Source: Candidatus Poribacteria bacterium (GTDB lineage Bacteria > Poribacteria > WGA-4E > WGA-3G). From it: a stretch of 64,000 nucleotides of DNA. This document shows positions 19,974 to 29,144 of this stretch, piece by piece (positions within the stretch are counted from its first letter, which is position 1; every line of letters starts with the position of its first letter). The stretch is from positions 122,058 through 186,057 of the forward strand of contig JAAXGN010000036.1 of the NCBI GenBank assembly GCA_012267415.1, in the 5' to 3' direction. The translations under genes were made by a program, and so were the position numbers. The notes under the pieces were generated by a model, which worked only from the letters and a program-made list of their open reading frames with translations, ran no database searches and was not told where the DNA came from.

Positions 19974-22034
19974 ATGGAAACCACTGACTATGATCTGATT
20001 AATCGCACGTTATCTGGTGATCAGAACGCTTTTACCGACCTTGTGCAGAGATACCAAAAACGTGTCCATGCACTTGCATGGCGTAAAATCGGAGATTTTC
20101 ATATAGCTGAAGAAATTACGCAAGATACATTTCTCAGAGTTTACAAGCATCTTGCTACATTGAAAAATCCAAATCTATTTGCAGGATGGCTTTACGTGAT
20201 AGTGAATCGTCTGTGTAAGACTTGGTTTGAAAAAAGAGGGGTAGAAATGCAGTCCTTAGAAGACTTGCCTGAAGTAGAACTTGAAAGACAACGGTATTCT
20301 GAATATATGGATCAGCAACTTGAAGAGAGAGCATTAGAGAGGCGAATTGATCTCGTCGACCGTCTCCTCCAAAAACTACCTGAGAGTGAACGGGTCGTCA
20401 TAACGCTTCATTATCTCGCTGAGAGTTCAATTAAAGAAATTAGTGAATTTTTGGGTGTATCGTTGAACACGGTGAAAAGTCGTCTCTATCGTGCCCGACA
20501 GCGATTACAAAAGGAGGAACACATGATAAAAGAAACCTTAGGAAGTTATCAACCATCAACAAACTTAACAGAAAGCATAATCAAAACCATCAACGAAACT
20601 GGAGCACAAATTGACCCCACTATACCTTCCAGTAGCAAACCATTTATACCGTGGGGAATTGCCACTACAACTTTCGTTTTGGTGGTATTGATGCTCGGAC
20701 TCGGTGCCCAACATTCTGCACGTTTTCAGCAACCCTACAGTCTTAACACGACCACAGAACTGACAGTTGACATTGTTGATGCAGCTGTAATGGCAGACCT
20801 GCCATCTGATCCTGATGTGAAAAATCAGATTGGTCATGCTGATGCACTTAATGAAAGCGAAGGTACAATTCAGGATCCTCATGCAGAGTCATCTTTTTCA
20901 GCAAGCGGTCGTGTAGTTGATGATAGCGGCAATCCAGTTAGCGATGTGAAGTTAGCGATAATCCCTGTTAATTATGGCAACCGAGGTTGGTGGCCAATAC
21001 ATGTAGATGACGACCAGGACTGGCCCGATAATCCATTAGCATTCCCTGCAGAGATAAATTCAAATGGAGATTTCACCCTCAATGTATTCAACAAAGGTCC
21101 ATGCTCATTCGGAATACTACCCTATTATAGACCGAATGCTCAAGTATTGAAATTAAAGTTTGGTGATATTTCTTTTTTTTCAATTGATAATATGATCGGT
21201 AGTGGAATTGTGTTTGAACCAGAATCAATAGAAAAGATCGAAAACATAGAAGTGACACTCACACACTTTCTAAGAGTTCATGGGACAGTTTTACACATGG
21301 ATGAAACACCCGTAACCAATGCACGCATAGACTTCAATGTAAATCAATTAAGTTTGGATGGAGTGGAAGGAAGTAATCTCGGTCTTGGAGAAAAGACAGA
21401 TATTGAAGGGAAATTCGTGTGCTATGTTCCATCTCATGTCAAGGGAACTGCTTTTTACATAATGTCTGTGAATTATCTAGGACAGCGTGCAATGTTGAAA
21501 CCAATTGTGGTTAAACCTGGATATAGAACGCACAACGCTGTCTTCACGTTCAGTGCTCCCATAAAACCAACTGTTCCAGAAAATGATCAGCACAATATCC
21601 AAGCAAGTGCATCAGTCTATGACGGTATTGACGCTCAAGACGTATGGGTAGTGAATCCATCAAATGGACATGCCTACAAAAAAATCCAGTGTAGCAGTCC
21701 TGAAGATGTTATTGTCCAAAGCACAGAGGAAGGTGCTTATCTGGTCAGCATTAATGATGCGGCAGAGCAGGAATGGATAAAGAGAGTTTTCCTACAAAAC
21801 AGCATTCTGATTGGTCTCAACGATATTGAAGAAGAAGGTGTGTGGAAGTGGCACAATGGTGAATCTGTAGAATACACCAATTGGGCAGAGGATGAACCAA
21901 ATGACACTGACAATGGTGATGAGGATTATGTTATTCTAACCTGGCAAGGATGGAAAGATATTGGTCCGGAAAGTATAGGATGGCGATGGGTACAAACTAC
22001 ACTACTTGAGAAGGAGAATTGGTCAGAAGAATAG
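19974..22034 (+). CDS. ECF sigma-70 factor fused to TM helix, carboxypeptidase-regulatory-like beta domains and C-type lectin domain
   Basis: Sigma2 (AEEITQDTFL...FAGWLY) and sigma4 (EISEFLGVSLNTVKSRLYRAR). TM at about aa 225-243. SGRVVDDSGNPV beta domain. CTLD motifs LVSIND..EQ.W, IGLND..EEG.W.W..G...YTNW...EPND...WKD. Confidence 0.9.
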   Translation: METTDYDLINRTLSGDQNAFTDLVQRYQKRVHALAWRKIGDFHIAEEITQDTFLRVYKHLATLKNPNLFAGWLYVIVNRLCKTWFEKRGVEMQSLEDLPEVELERQRYSEYMDQQLEERALERRIDLVDRLLQKLPESERVVITLHYLAESSIKEISEFLGVSLNTVKSRLYRARQRLQKEEHMIKETLGSYQPSTNLTESIIKTINETGAQIDPTIPSSSKPFIPWGIATTTFVLVVLMLGLGAQHSARFQQPYSLNTTTELTVDIVDAAVMADLPSDPDVKNQIGHADALNESEGTIQDPHAESSFSASGRVVDDSGNPVSDVKLAIIPVNYGNRGWWPIHVDDDQDWPDNPLAFPAEINSNGDFTLNVFNKGPCSFGILPYYRPNAQVLKLKFGDISFFSIDNMIGSGIVFEPESIEKIENIEVTLTHFLRVHGTVLHMDETPVTNARIDFNVNQLSLDGVEGSNLGLGEKTDIEGKFVCYVPSHVKGTAFYIMSVNYLGQRAMLKPIVVKPGYRTHNAVFTFSAPIKPTVPENDQHNIQASASVYDGIDAQDVWVVNPSNGHAYKKIQCSSPEDVIVQSTEEGAYLVSINDAAEQEWIKRVFLQNSILIGLNDIEEEGVWKWHNGESVEYTNWAEDEPNDTDNGDEDYVILTWQGWKDIGPESIGWRWVQTTLLEKENWSEE

Positions 22035-22096
22035 TTTGATTTTATGGAATCTGTTTTATAGCACACTTTACAATTGCTTTTGAAGGAGAACACCGT

Positions 22097-23491
22097 ATGA
22101 TACGTTTATCTTTTAAAATCAGCGTTACTATGTTACTAATTCCAATTCTGATACATGTACCTGGATTTACTGCACATAGTATTGATCAGGATAACACTGG
22201 TACCGTTACTGGACGTTTTGTTGATAAAGATGGACATCCTGTTGCAATGTTACCAATATTTATCGCTCCACTGGAAATCACCAGTATTAGTTGGGCATCA
22301 AAGGTATATTTACCAAATGATTTCCTATTGCTGCGTCGTGCTCAGACTGATGAAAAAGGTCAGTTTTCTATATCTGGTATACCACGAGGCTCATTTTATT
22401 TCGGGACACTCCCCTACAACGTAGATGCGCGTTTACCCCACGACTATGAAAAAAAACTTGATGATTTTCTATCTTTGGATTATGCGATGCTCCACCCAGA
22501 CTATATTGATGTCTTTATGTCTCATAATTTCGGTTTCGGTTACGATGATTTTGAGCCAGACGTGGATATCCTATCTCTTAACGTCAAAGGCATCACCTTC
22601 TATCCGGCTGGTGATGCCCGGGAAGTTGTTTTCGGGATTGAGCCAGGATCCAATATGAAAGATGTAGTGGTTACAGTACAACCACGTATGCGTGTTCAAG
22701 GACGCGTTGTCTTTAAAGATGGCACACCGCTTTCTAATGCACTGTTGAAGGTGCAGGCACAATTTAGTCTGGAAAGGGGTCGTAGAAGTTCATCTGGCAC
22801 TCCTCGAACTGATAGTAATGGTCATTTTTTCTATTATCTGGATAAAGAAAGAGATACAAGAATCTACACGTTTTCAGTGAAATATCAAGGTCTTGAAGCA
22901 ACTGCTAAACCAGTTAAACTTGAACCGGGAGACAGACTGGCAGGTTTGACGTTTACATTTGACAGTGAACCGATAGCACCAAAACCACTCCCTCCTAAGA
23001 CAAAGGCAAAACCTGCAAAATCCAGTCCGAAAGAGACACAGGAAACACAACAACCTGAATCTAACGAGGCATGGATTGTGAATCCTGCAAACCGACATGC
23101 GTATAAGAGGATTCAATGTAAAACTCGTAACGATGCTATTGCACAAGCCATCAAAGAGAAAGCATATCTTGTTACGATTAACGATGCGAAAGAACAGGAG
23201 TGGTTAAGTGCAGTCTTTGGGTATGAATTCTATTGGATAGGACTCAGTAACGGTGAAAATGAGACAGGATGGCAATGGCATAACGGTGAAGCTATCACAT
23301 ATCAAAACTGGTTACCCAATGATTACTTTTCTGAAACATGGGATGCCAATGAAAGAAAACACGTTGTTGCAACTTTTGCTGATGGAAAATGGTATGCTGT
23401 TAGTCCTAAAAGTGTTATTGTGAAAATGACAGAGTTTGCAATTATTGAAAAAACAGACATTATGATAAAAACATCACTCGGAAAGAAATGA
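22097..23491 (+). CDS. Secreted paralogue of the ECF extracellular region (beta domains + C-type lectin)
   Basis: Signal peptide, TGRFVDKDGHPV, QGRVVFKDGTP, Pro/Lys linker, WIVNPANRHAYKRIQC, LVTIND, WIGLS, YQNW. Confidence 0.85.
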   Translation: MIRLSFKISVTMLLIPILIHVPGFTAHSIDQDNTGTVTGRFVDKDGHPVAMLPIFIAPLEITSISWASKVYLPNDFLLLRRAQTDEKGQFSISGIPRGSFYFGTLPYNVDARLPHDYEKKLDDFLSLDYAMLHPDYIDVFMSHNFGFGYDDFEPDVDILSLNVKGITFYPAGDAREVVFGIEPGSNMKDVVVTVQPRMRVQGRVVFKDGTPLSNALLKVQAQFSLERGRRSSSGTPRTDSNGHFFYYLDKERDTRIYTFSVKYQGLEATAKPVKLEPGDRLAGLTFTFDSEPIAPKPLPPKTKAKPAKSSPKETQETQQPESNEAWIVNPANRHAYKRIQCKTRNDAIAQAIKEKAYLVTINDAKEQEWLSAVFGYEFYWIGLSNGENETGWQWHNGEAITYQNWLPNDYFSETWDANERKHVVATFADGKWYAVSPKSVIVKMTEFAIIEKTDIMIKTSLGKK

Positions 23492-23664
23492 TTGTTCATC
23501 AGTATGTCATCAATTCCACCTACCATCTACTACTTTCTATTGCCTATTCTTACCTCATAGTGAAGTGCCATCGATTTTTTAGACCAGAATTCAGTGATAG
23601 TTAAGATAAGTTTTTTCCTCAAATTCAACAAGCGTTAGATAACCCAATGCCGAGTGAGGTCGTT

Positions 23665-24438
23665 TCAGGTTATATACTTGTTCAATAAAATGTCCAATGC
23701 AAGTTTAGCGTTTTCAATATCGTCATAGTCATTCAGGTAGATTTCTTCCTCCTTGAGAGTTCGGATAAACCGTTCCGCATAACCATTTTCCCAAGGACGC
23801 CCTCTATGAGCTAACGAAATCTCAACTCCATGGTCAGTGAGAGTAGAAATATAGGCGTTTGAAAGATACTGAACTCCCCGATCACTATGATGGATCTCTG
23901 GAACGTTTTCCCGTAGTGCTCGCTGCAAGGGTGTCAATGTTAGAGGTTGTGTCAAATGTCGGCTCAGTTGCCACCCTCTTATTATTCGAGTAAACACATC
24001 AAGGAGAAATGAAACATAGATAAAGTTCCCTTTGAGCTGAATATAGGTAACATCCGCTACCCAGACATGATTACGCCGACAGATGTCAAGGTTATCAAGT
24101 CGGTTGACCCACTGAGACTTGCCATCAACGGATTTTGTGGTTTGACAGGAGCGTTTGACAGAGACCAATAGATTAGCTGATTTCATCAAGCGTGCGACGC
24201 GTCGGTATCCGATGGTGTATCCCATACGCAAGAGTTCCTCTGTGATACGCCTATAACCATATCTTGGATAACGAGCCGCTAACATTTCTATCTCCTGTTG
24301 GAGTAGTACTTCACAAGGATCCTTTTTGGGTTCATAATAGAGACTACTTCTATTGAAACCGAGAACATCGCAGATCTGTCGTACTGAGTAATCGGTTCGC
24401 AAAGTTTCTACAATGCTTCGTTTTTCAGTAAGGGTCAA
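23665..24438 (-). pseudogene. IS3 OrfB integrase-core (DDE) transposase, frameshifted near the C-terminus
   Basis: YGYRR, WVADVTY, HHSDRGVQY, ENGYAERFIRTLKEE. The canonical tail (FIEQVYNLKRPHSALGYLT) continues in another frame to about 23595. Confidence 0.85.
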
Positions 24439-24719
24439 CTCAGCAAGGTTGAGACTTTTTTTTGGATATCAAGTTCCAAGGTCAACCGACCAACAAGTTG
24501 TTCAAGTTGAGTGATCCGCTGTTGAGACGCATTTGTTTTTTTATCAACAGGTTCAAAGAAGGTTGACGCATTTTCAAGAAGCTGGCGTTTCCATGTTGAG
24601 AGTTGAGCATCGCTGATGTTATGCTTGCGACAGAGTTCCGCTTGTGAACTTTGACCACACAGTGCCTCAATGACAACTTCAGCTTTAAACTCTGGGGTGA
24701 ATCTTCTTCGTTTTGCCAT
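24435..24719 (-). CDS. IS3 OrfA (HTH) transposase
   Basis: RRRFTPEFKAEVV...LCRKHNIS...WKRQ. A-run slippery site (CAAAAAAAAG) near the 3' end. Confidence 0.9.
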   Translation of the reverse strand: MAKRRRFTPEFKAEVVIEALCGQSSQAELCRKHNISDAQLSTWKRQLLENASTFFEPVDKKTNASQQRITQLEQLVGRLTLELDIQKKVSTLLS

Positions 24720-25018
24720 CAATTTTCTCCTTTTAATTTGATTGTAATTATATCACAATTTTATCTTAGGTAGTGGTCTAAATTATCGATGGCAGTACAA
24801 ATGTTATTTAGCAAATCACTGCACATCTAAGTTCAATCGGGGCTATTCACTATACGCAACCTGAACTAAGTTCAGGATAATTGGCGAAGGTATTACAACA
24901 GTGGCAAGGCATTCTTTTATTTCGACTTGCCGCTGTTGAATTTCTCCCAACGCTTCAAAGATTTTATTTATTGACTGTTCGTTCATACATTTCATCACCC
25001 TTATAGTGTTAAGACAGG

Positions 25019-25780
25019 TTATTCATCATTATCTTCAGGCGGATCTATCTGATTGTCATTAAACCAATCTTCAATACTTGTGCTAGATACGTCCCCTCCG
25101 CCTGATCCCTGAAGTATTCCGTCCATATTAAAATAGTAATATGAATAATAGTAGTTAAGAATGGGGCTATAACCGTTTGGGTTTGGGTCGTAGAGCTGAT
25201 AATAATAGTAATATTCGGAATAGGTAATATGATAAAGATCTCCTGAGTAGGAGGAGTAAGATTCGTACCCAAGATACCCATCATAAATTCCGTTCCCATG
25301 TATATCGAATGTGTAAATTAATGTGTTTGTATTACTGCCAGATACTGCAGGCTCAGGCCTTTTGTGCAATTCCCAAAAATCGGCTTCATCCATAGCATCC
25401 CCGCGGTCTACAGCTATAGTCCGGGTACTCTTTAATGTTGTAATAGGGTCGATAGTTATCTCAAATAGTCTGCTACCAGTATATACTGAGTAAGACTCTC
25501 CATTATACCTGTTGTCATACGGAAGATTCGGATATGTAATCTTATTATGATAAACCTCCAACACATGCCATTTAGTATCCCCTGGTTCTATTTCAAAATC
25601 TTGCCTAACAACAGATGTACTTTCAGATGCTCTGGACCTTCCATAGAAATCATACCCCGAATATTCATCTATAATTTTTAGTTTGCTGTTGTCCAAGTCA
25701 TCCAAGTCTGCATTTACAGTTCCGACAAAGAAAACAACTAATAATGCAACCAAAACCGATAAGAAAGTTTTCCTAATCAT
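25019..25780 (-). CDS. Secreted hypothetical protein with tyrosine-rich C-terminal region
   Basis: GGGAG RBS, signal peptide MIRKTFLSVLVALLVVFFVGTVNA, YSEYYYYYQLY...NYYYSYYYFN. Confidence 0.7.
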   Translation of the reverse strand: MIRKTFLSVLVALLVVFFVGTVNADLDDLDNSKLKIIDEYSGYDFYGRSRASESTSVVRQDFEIEPGDTKWHVLEVYHNKITYPNLPYDNRYNGESYSVYTGSRLFEITIDPITTLKSTRTIAVDRGDAMDEADFWELHKRPEPAVSGSNTNTLIYTFDIHGNGIYDGYLGYESYSSYSGDLYHITYSEYYYYYQLYDPNPNGYSPILNYYYSYYYFNMDGILQGSGGGDVSSTSIEDWFNDNQIDPPEDNDE

Positions 25781-26036
25781 AATATTCTCCCTATAAAACA
25801 TTTCGCAGTAAGTAGTTTTGGGTTTGTTCCTACTGCTTTATCTGAAAGTTTTTGATATATTAATCTAACATAAAATAAATTCAAGGTGAACTCAGAATAA
25901 GTAATTCTGCTTTTTTGGTTCAGTAAGAAGGTTAGCAGCCTCCTCATTTCTCGTATATATTATATCATTTCTTCTGTTTTTAATCAACGAAAAACTTTAT
26001 AAACCTATAAGAATCTATATTTAACGAGTTGTGCTA

Positions 26037-26100
26037 AATAACTATATGTAATAATAACTATATGTAATAATAACTATATGTAATAATAACTATATGTAAA
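26037..26100. repeat. 16-bp tandem repeat x4 (AATAACTATATGTAAT)
   Basis: Three perfect copies and one near-perfect copy, read directly. Confidence 0.95.
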
Positions 26101-26355
26101 TTATACAATTCTAATCTAATTTGTCAATATGGAAGGAACCGGGGATCAATGTCGTTCTAAAGATACTGTGTCTTTTGAAACGGTGGATGGAATGAATATT
26201 AGTATCCAGATACAAAAGCCGCATGATCTTTTGTGCAAAAACTCTACACAACCCATAAATCTAAAACATTTGACTTAATATTGGATACACAGTTATACTA
26301 TAAATTTAGAATCTTCTTAGAAGAATTTCAAACATTCAGACTTAAAGGAGTTAAA

Positions 26356-27381
26356 ATGAACATTTTAAAGTCATCTCAACAACTATCTAAAACAATCAGA
26401 TTTTCAGTCGTTTTCACTGTAATAATTACCTTACCTGCACTAGCAGATTGGGTGAAGCTGCAAAATCGGGATCCAGATTCTCGGTATTATATGTCTATTG
26501 CATTTGTAGATGGTAAAACAGGATGGGTCGCTGGTTCAGCACTTTTTGAAGATTCTGAAAACCCAGGCTTTATCGGATATACTAAGGATGGTGGAAAAAC
26601 CTGGCAGAAATCGGATATTAAACTGAGTGGAGATCTCAGCAACATCTATTTCTTAGAGGCAAATCACGGCTGGGTAGTTGGACAAAAAGGCGTAATTGCC
26701 AATACAACCAATGGGAAAGATTGGGAAATACAAATAAGTAAGGTTGGCACTTGGCTGAAAAGTATTTATTTTGTTAATAAAAAATTAGGATTTGCAGCAG
26801 GAGCAAATGAAACGATCATCTCAACAAGAAATGGCGGACGAACATGGAAAGTCCTACAAGGTGGTCAACTCGGTGAGGGGGTCGGAGAAGATGATACATC
26901 TCTGTTTAATGCTGTCCATTTTATTAATGAAAAAACTGGATGGGTGGCAGGTATACGGCTTCTACCCACCAAGAAACGTCAGCACACATTGATCCAGAAA
27001 ACGACAGATGGTGCAAGGACCTGGGTGACACAAGATACTGGAAAAGAAGATATTTTGGAAGACTTATTTTTTCTTGATGCATCAATAGGTTGGGCAGTAG
27101 GTGAAAATGGGGTAATTCTCCACACAACTAACGGTGGAAAAAGATGGCAAGAACAGAAGAGCGGTACCGATGAAACACTCCGCAGTGTCCGATTCTTAGA
27201 TAAACATACTGGTTGGGCAGTAGGTGGAGATTTAGGTGTCGGTGTGATTCTTAGTACTAACAACGGCGGGAAAAAATGGGAAGTTGAAGAGAACGATAAA
27301 AAAATGGTTAAAGTATTTATACTTGATAAACAAAATGTGTGGTTAGCTAGTGAAGATGGCGCAATCTTCCAAACTCAATAA
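26356..27381 (+). CDS. YCF48-related / BNR-repeat beta-propeller protein
   Basis: Repeated F.D..TGWVAG...T.DGGKTW (Asp-box) units, signal peptide, AAGGAG RBS. Confidence 0.88.
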   Translation: MNILKSSQQLSKTIRFSVVFTVIITLPALADWVKLQNRDPDSRYYMSIAFVDGKTGWVAGSALFEDSENPGFIGYTKDGGKTWQKSDIKLSGDLSNIYFLEANHGWVVGQKGVIANTTNGKDWEIQISKVGTWLKSIYFVNKKLGFAAGANETIISTRNGGRTWKVLQGGQLGEGVGEDDTSLFNAVHFINEKTGWVAGIRLLPTKKRQHTLIQKTTDGARTWVTQDTGKEDILEDLFFLDASIGWAVGENGVILHTTNGGKRWQEQKSGTDETLRSVRFLDKHTGWAVGGDLGVGVILSTNNGGKKWEVEENDKKMVKVFILDKQNVWLASEDGAIFQTQ

Positions 27382-27513
27382 GCACTAATACCGTAAATTT
27401 GGTACTATACCCAATTTAGAAGTTGTGCTAAATAACTAATGTAAAATACCATTTCACAATTAAATGGCGTTTTGTTAGTTCTTATCATTAGTTAATACCT
27501 TCTTTAGTACCGT

Positions 27514-27670
27514 ATGAAGATTAAGTAATTAAAAGGGTAAAAACCGATTTTTCCCAGGCCGGTGGATCAACGCCAAATGCGCGTTTGGCATTTGATGGGT
27601 GTGATAAGGATATCGCACCTACCGGCCCTGGAGAAATCAGGATTACCCAATTAAAATCTTAATCTTCAAT
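27514..27670. mobile_element. MITE with ATGAAGATTAAG termini and internal GTAG hairpin
   Basis: ATGAAGATTAAG...GGGTAA / TTACCC...CTTAATCTTCA inverted ends. Internal GGTGTGATAAGGATATCGCACCTAC. Confidence 0.7.
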
Positions 27671-27773
27671 AGGAAGATATGTGTCCAATACAAAGTTTAA
27701 TATTTGGTACAGAATGTTTGAAATTGACGATCCTGTTCCACCTGATGTGGATGAAAGCATCCTTGTTAGCGAA

Positions 27774-28680
27774 TATAGTAAAAGTTAGATTCTATAACCC
27801 ATTTTTGTTTTATGGTATCCTATGGTTAGCATGGTATATTCATGCGATTTACGTAAACGCGTCTTAGATTTTATAGAAGGTAGTGGAAAAAAGTCTGAAG
27901 TTTCACGTCGTTTTTCCGTTGCACGCTCAACGCTTTATAGGTGTTTAAGGTCTGAAGGCCCAATGACCCCGCAAAAAACAACTCCTAAAAAAAATGAGAG
28001 TGATTGATGAGGAGGCACTCAGAAAACATGTTGCTGATTTTCCGGACCTGACACATAATGAGCGTGCCGCACATTTCGGTGTATCAACGTTTTGTATCAA
28101 ATATGGTCTGCGAAAGCTTGACATCACGCGAAAAAAAGAAACCGGCTACAAGCAATGCTTTGATGAGAAACGAGCAACCTATGAAAAAAGAACTCAAACT
28201 CAAAGAAACCGAAGGTAATTCTGCTGTTTATGTAGATGAATGCAGTTTTCGCGCTGAGAGTTTTAGATCTTACACTTATGCTCCGAAAGGTGAAACTGTT
28301 CTTGGTCTCATCTCTAGTCAAAAACACCACACAACGAGTACGATAACTGCCCGAATAGATAGTGTGTTTACAGCACACAGTTTACTTGAATGAAGTTGCA
28401 ACGGAGAACGTTTCAACACTTGGATTGAAAAAGAACTATGTCCTCATATCAATGCTCAGCACGTCGTGATAATGGACAATGCACGTTACCATAAAACTTA
28501 ACAAACGAAAGAACCCATAGCAAAAACCGGATCAGAACTTTTGTATTTACCACCATATTCACCTGACTACGATCCAATCGAACACGATTTCGCTAATATC
28601 AAACGACTCCGTCAGTATAATTCGGATATTCCACTAAATGAAGCTCTAAAAATGTATCATTAATTCTATCTTTCACTATA
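27774..28680 (+). mobile_element. Decayed IS630-family element (transposase pseudogene)
   Basis: TATAGTAAAAGTTAGA / TCTATCTTTCACTATA ends with TA duplication. MVYSCDLRKRV HTH, YVDEC, IMDNARYHK and YLPPYSPD..PIE fragments broken by frameshifts and stops. Confidence 0.9.
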
Positions 28681-28741
28681 TGTAAAAATTAAACAAACAA
28701 ATAATTAACTGTCACAAGTCGTATATTTAATTTATTTTAAC

Positions 28742-29133
28742 ATGAGTCCCATAATTGCAGAAGGTACGCGTCTTGTCTCTATCAACGATGAAAACGAACA
28801 GTTCTGGCTTGATGCAGTCTATAGAAACACACTCTTTTGGATAGGACTCAATGACGTTGAAAAAGAGAGATTATAGGCATGGGACAGTGGTGGACCGGTC
28901 ACCTACACCAATTAGACGACCGAAGATATATTTCACGACAACTCACATGATTCAGAAAAGGATTATGTTGCGATCTCCTCTCACAACAGGGATGGCAGTC
29001 AACTGGTCCTAACAGGCGTCTCTGGCGAAGGACGTGGCAAGCGGTCATAGAAATAAATGGCTTGGTGTTTAAAACTCCGGAACCGGCAGAGGTCAAGGAT
29101 GAGTGGACTATTTGTGTGTACGGAAAACAGTAA
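28742..29133 (+). pseudogene. C-type lectin domain remnant
   Basis: Manual translation: EGTRLVSINDENEQFWL...FWIGLNDVEKERL*AWDSGGPVTYTN*...KDYV / GWQSTGP...W...AVIE. TAG stops at 28874 and 28913 plus one frameshift. Confidence 0.85.
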
Positions 29134-29144
29134 GTTCTAATTTA

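Larger units (their letters stand above)
23561..24799 (-). mobile_element. IS3-family insertion sequence
   Basis: TG...CA ends with inverted repeats TGAAGTGCCATCGATTTTTTAGACCA / TGGTCTAAATTATCGATGGCAGTACA. Contains orfA and orfB. No clear target duplication. Confidence 0.92.

Noticed and set aside
28874-28915. TAG read-through (pyrrolysine or recoding) in the lectin remnant
   Set aside because: The stops replace Trp, coexist with a frameshift and a 5' truncation, and TAG ends normal genes in this window.
28742-29133. DGR template repeat for the C-type lectin genes
   Set aside because: No reverse transcriptase in the window. The sequence is too divergent from the two intact CTLDs, differences are not adenine-restricted, and it contains a frameshift.
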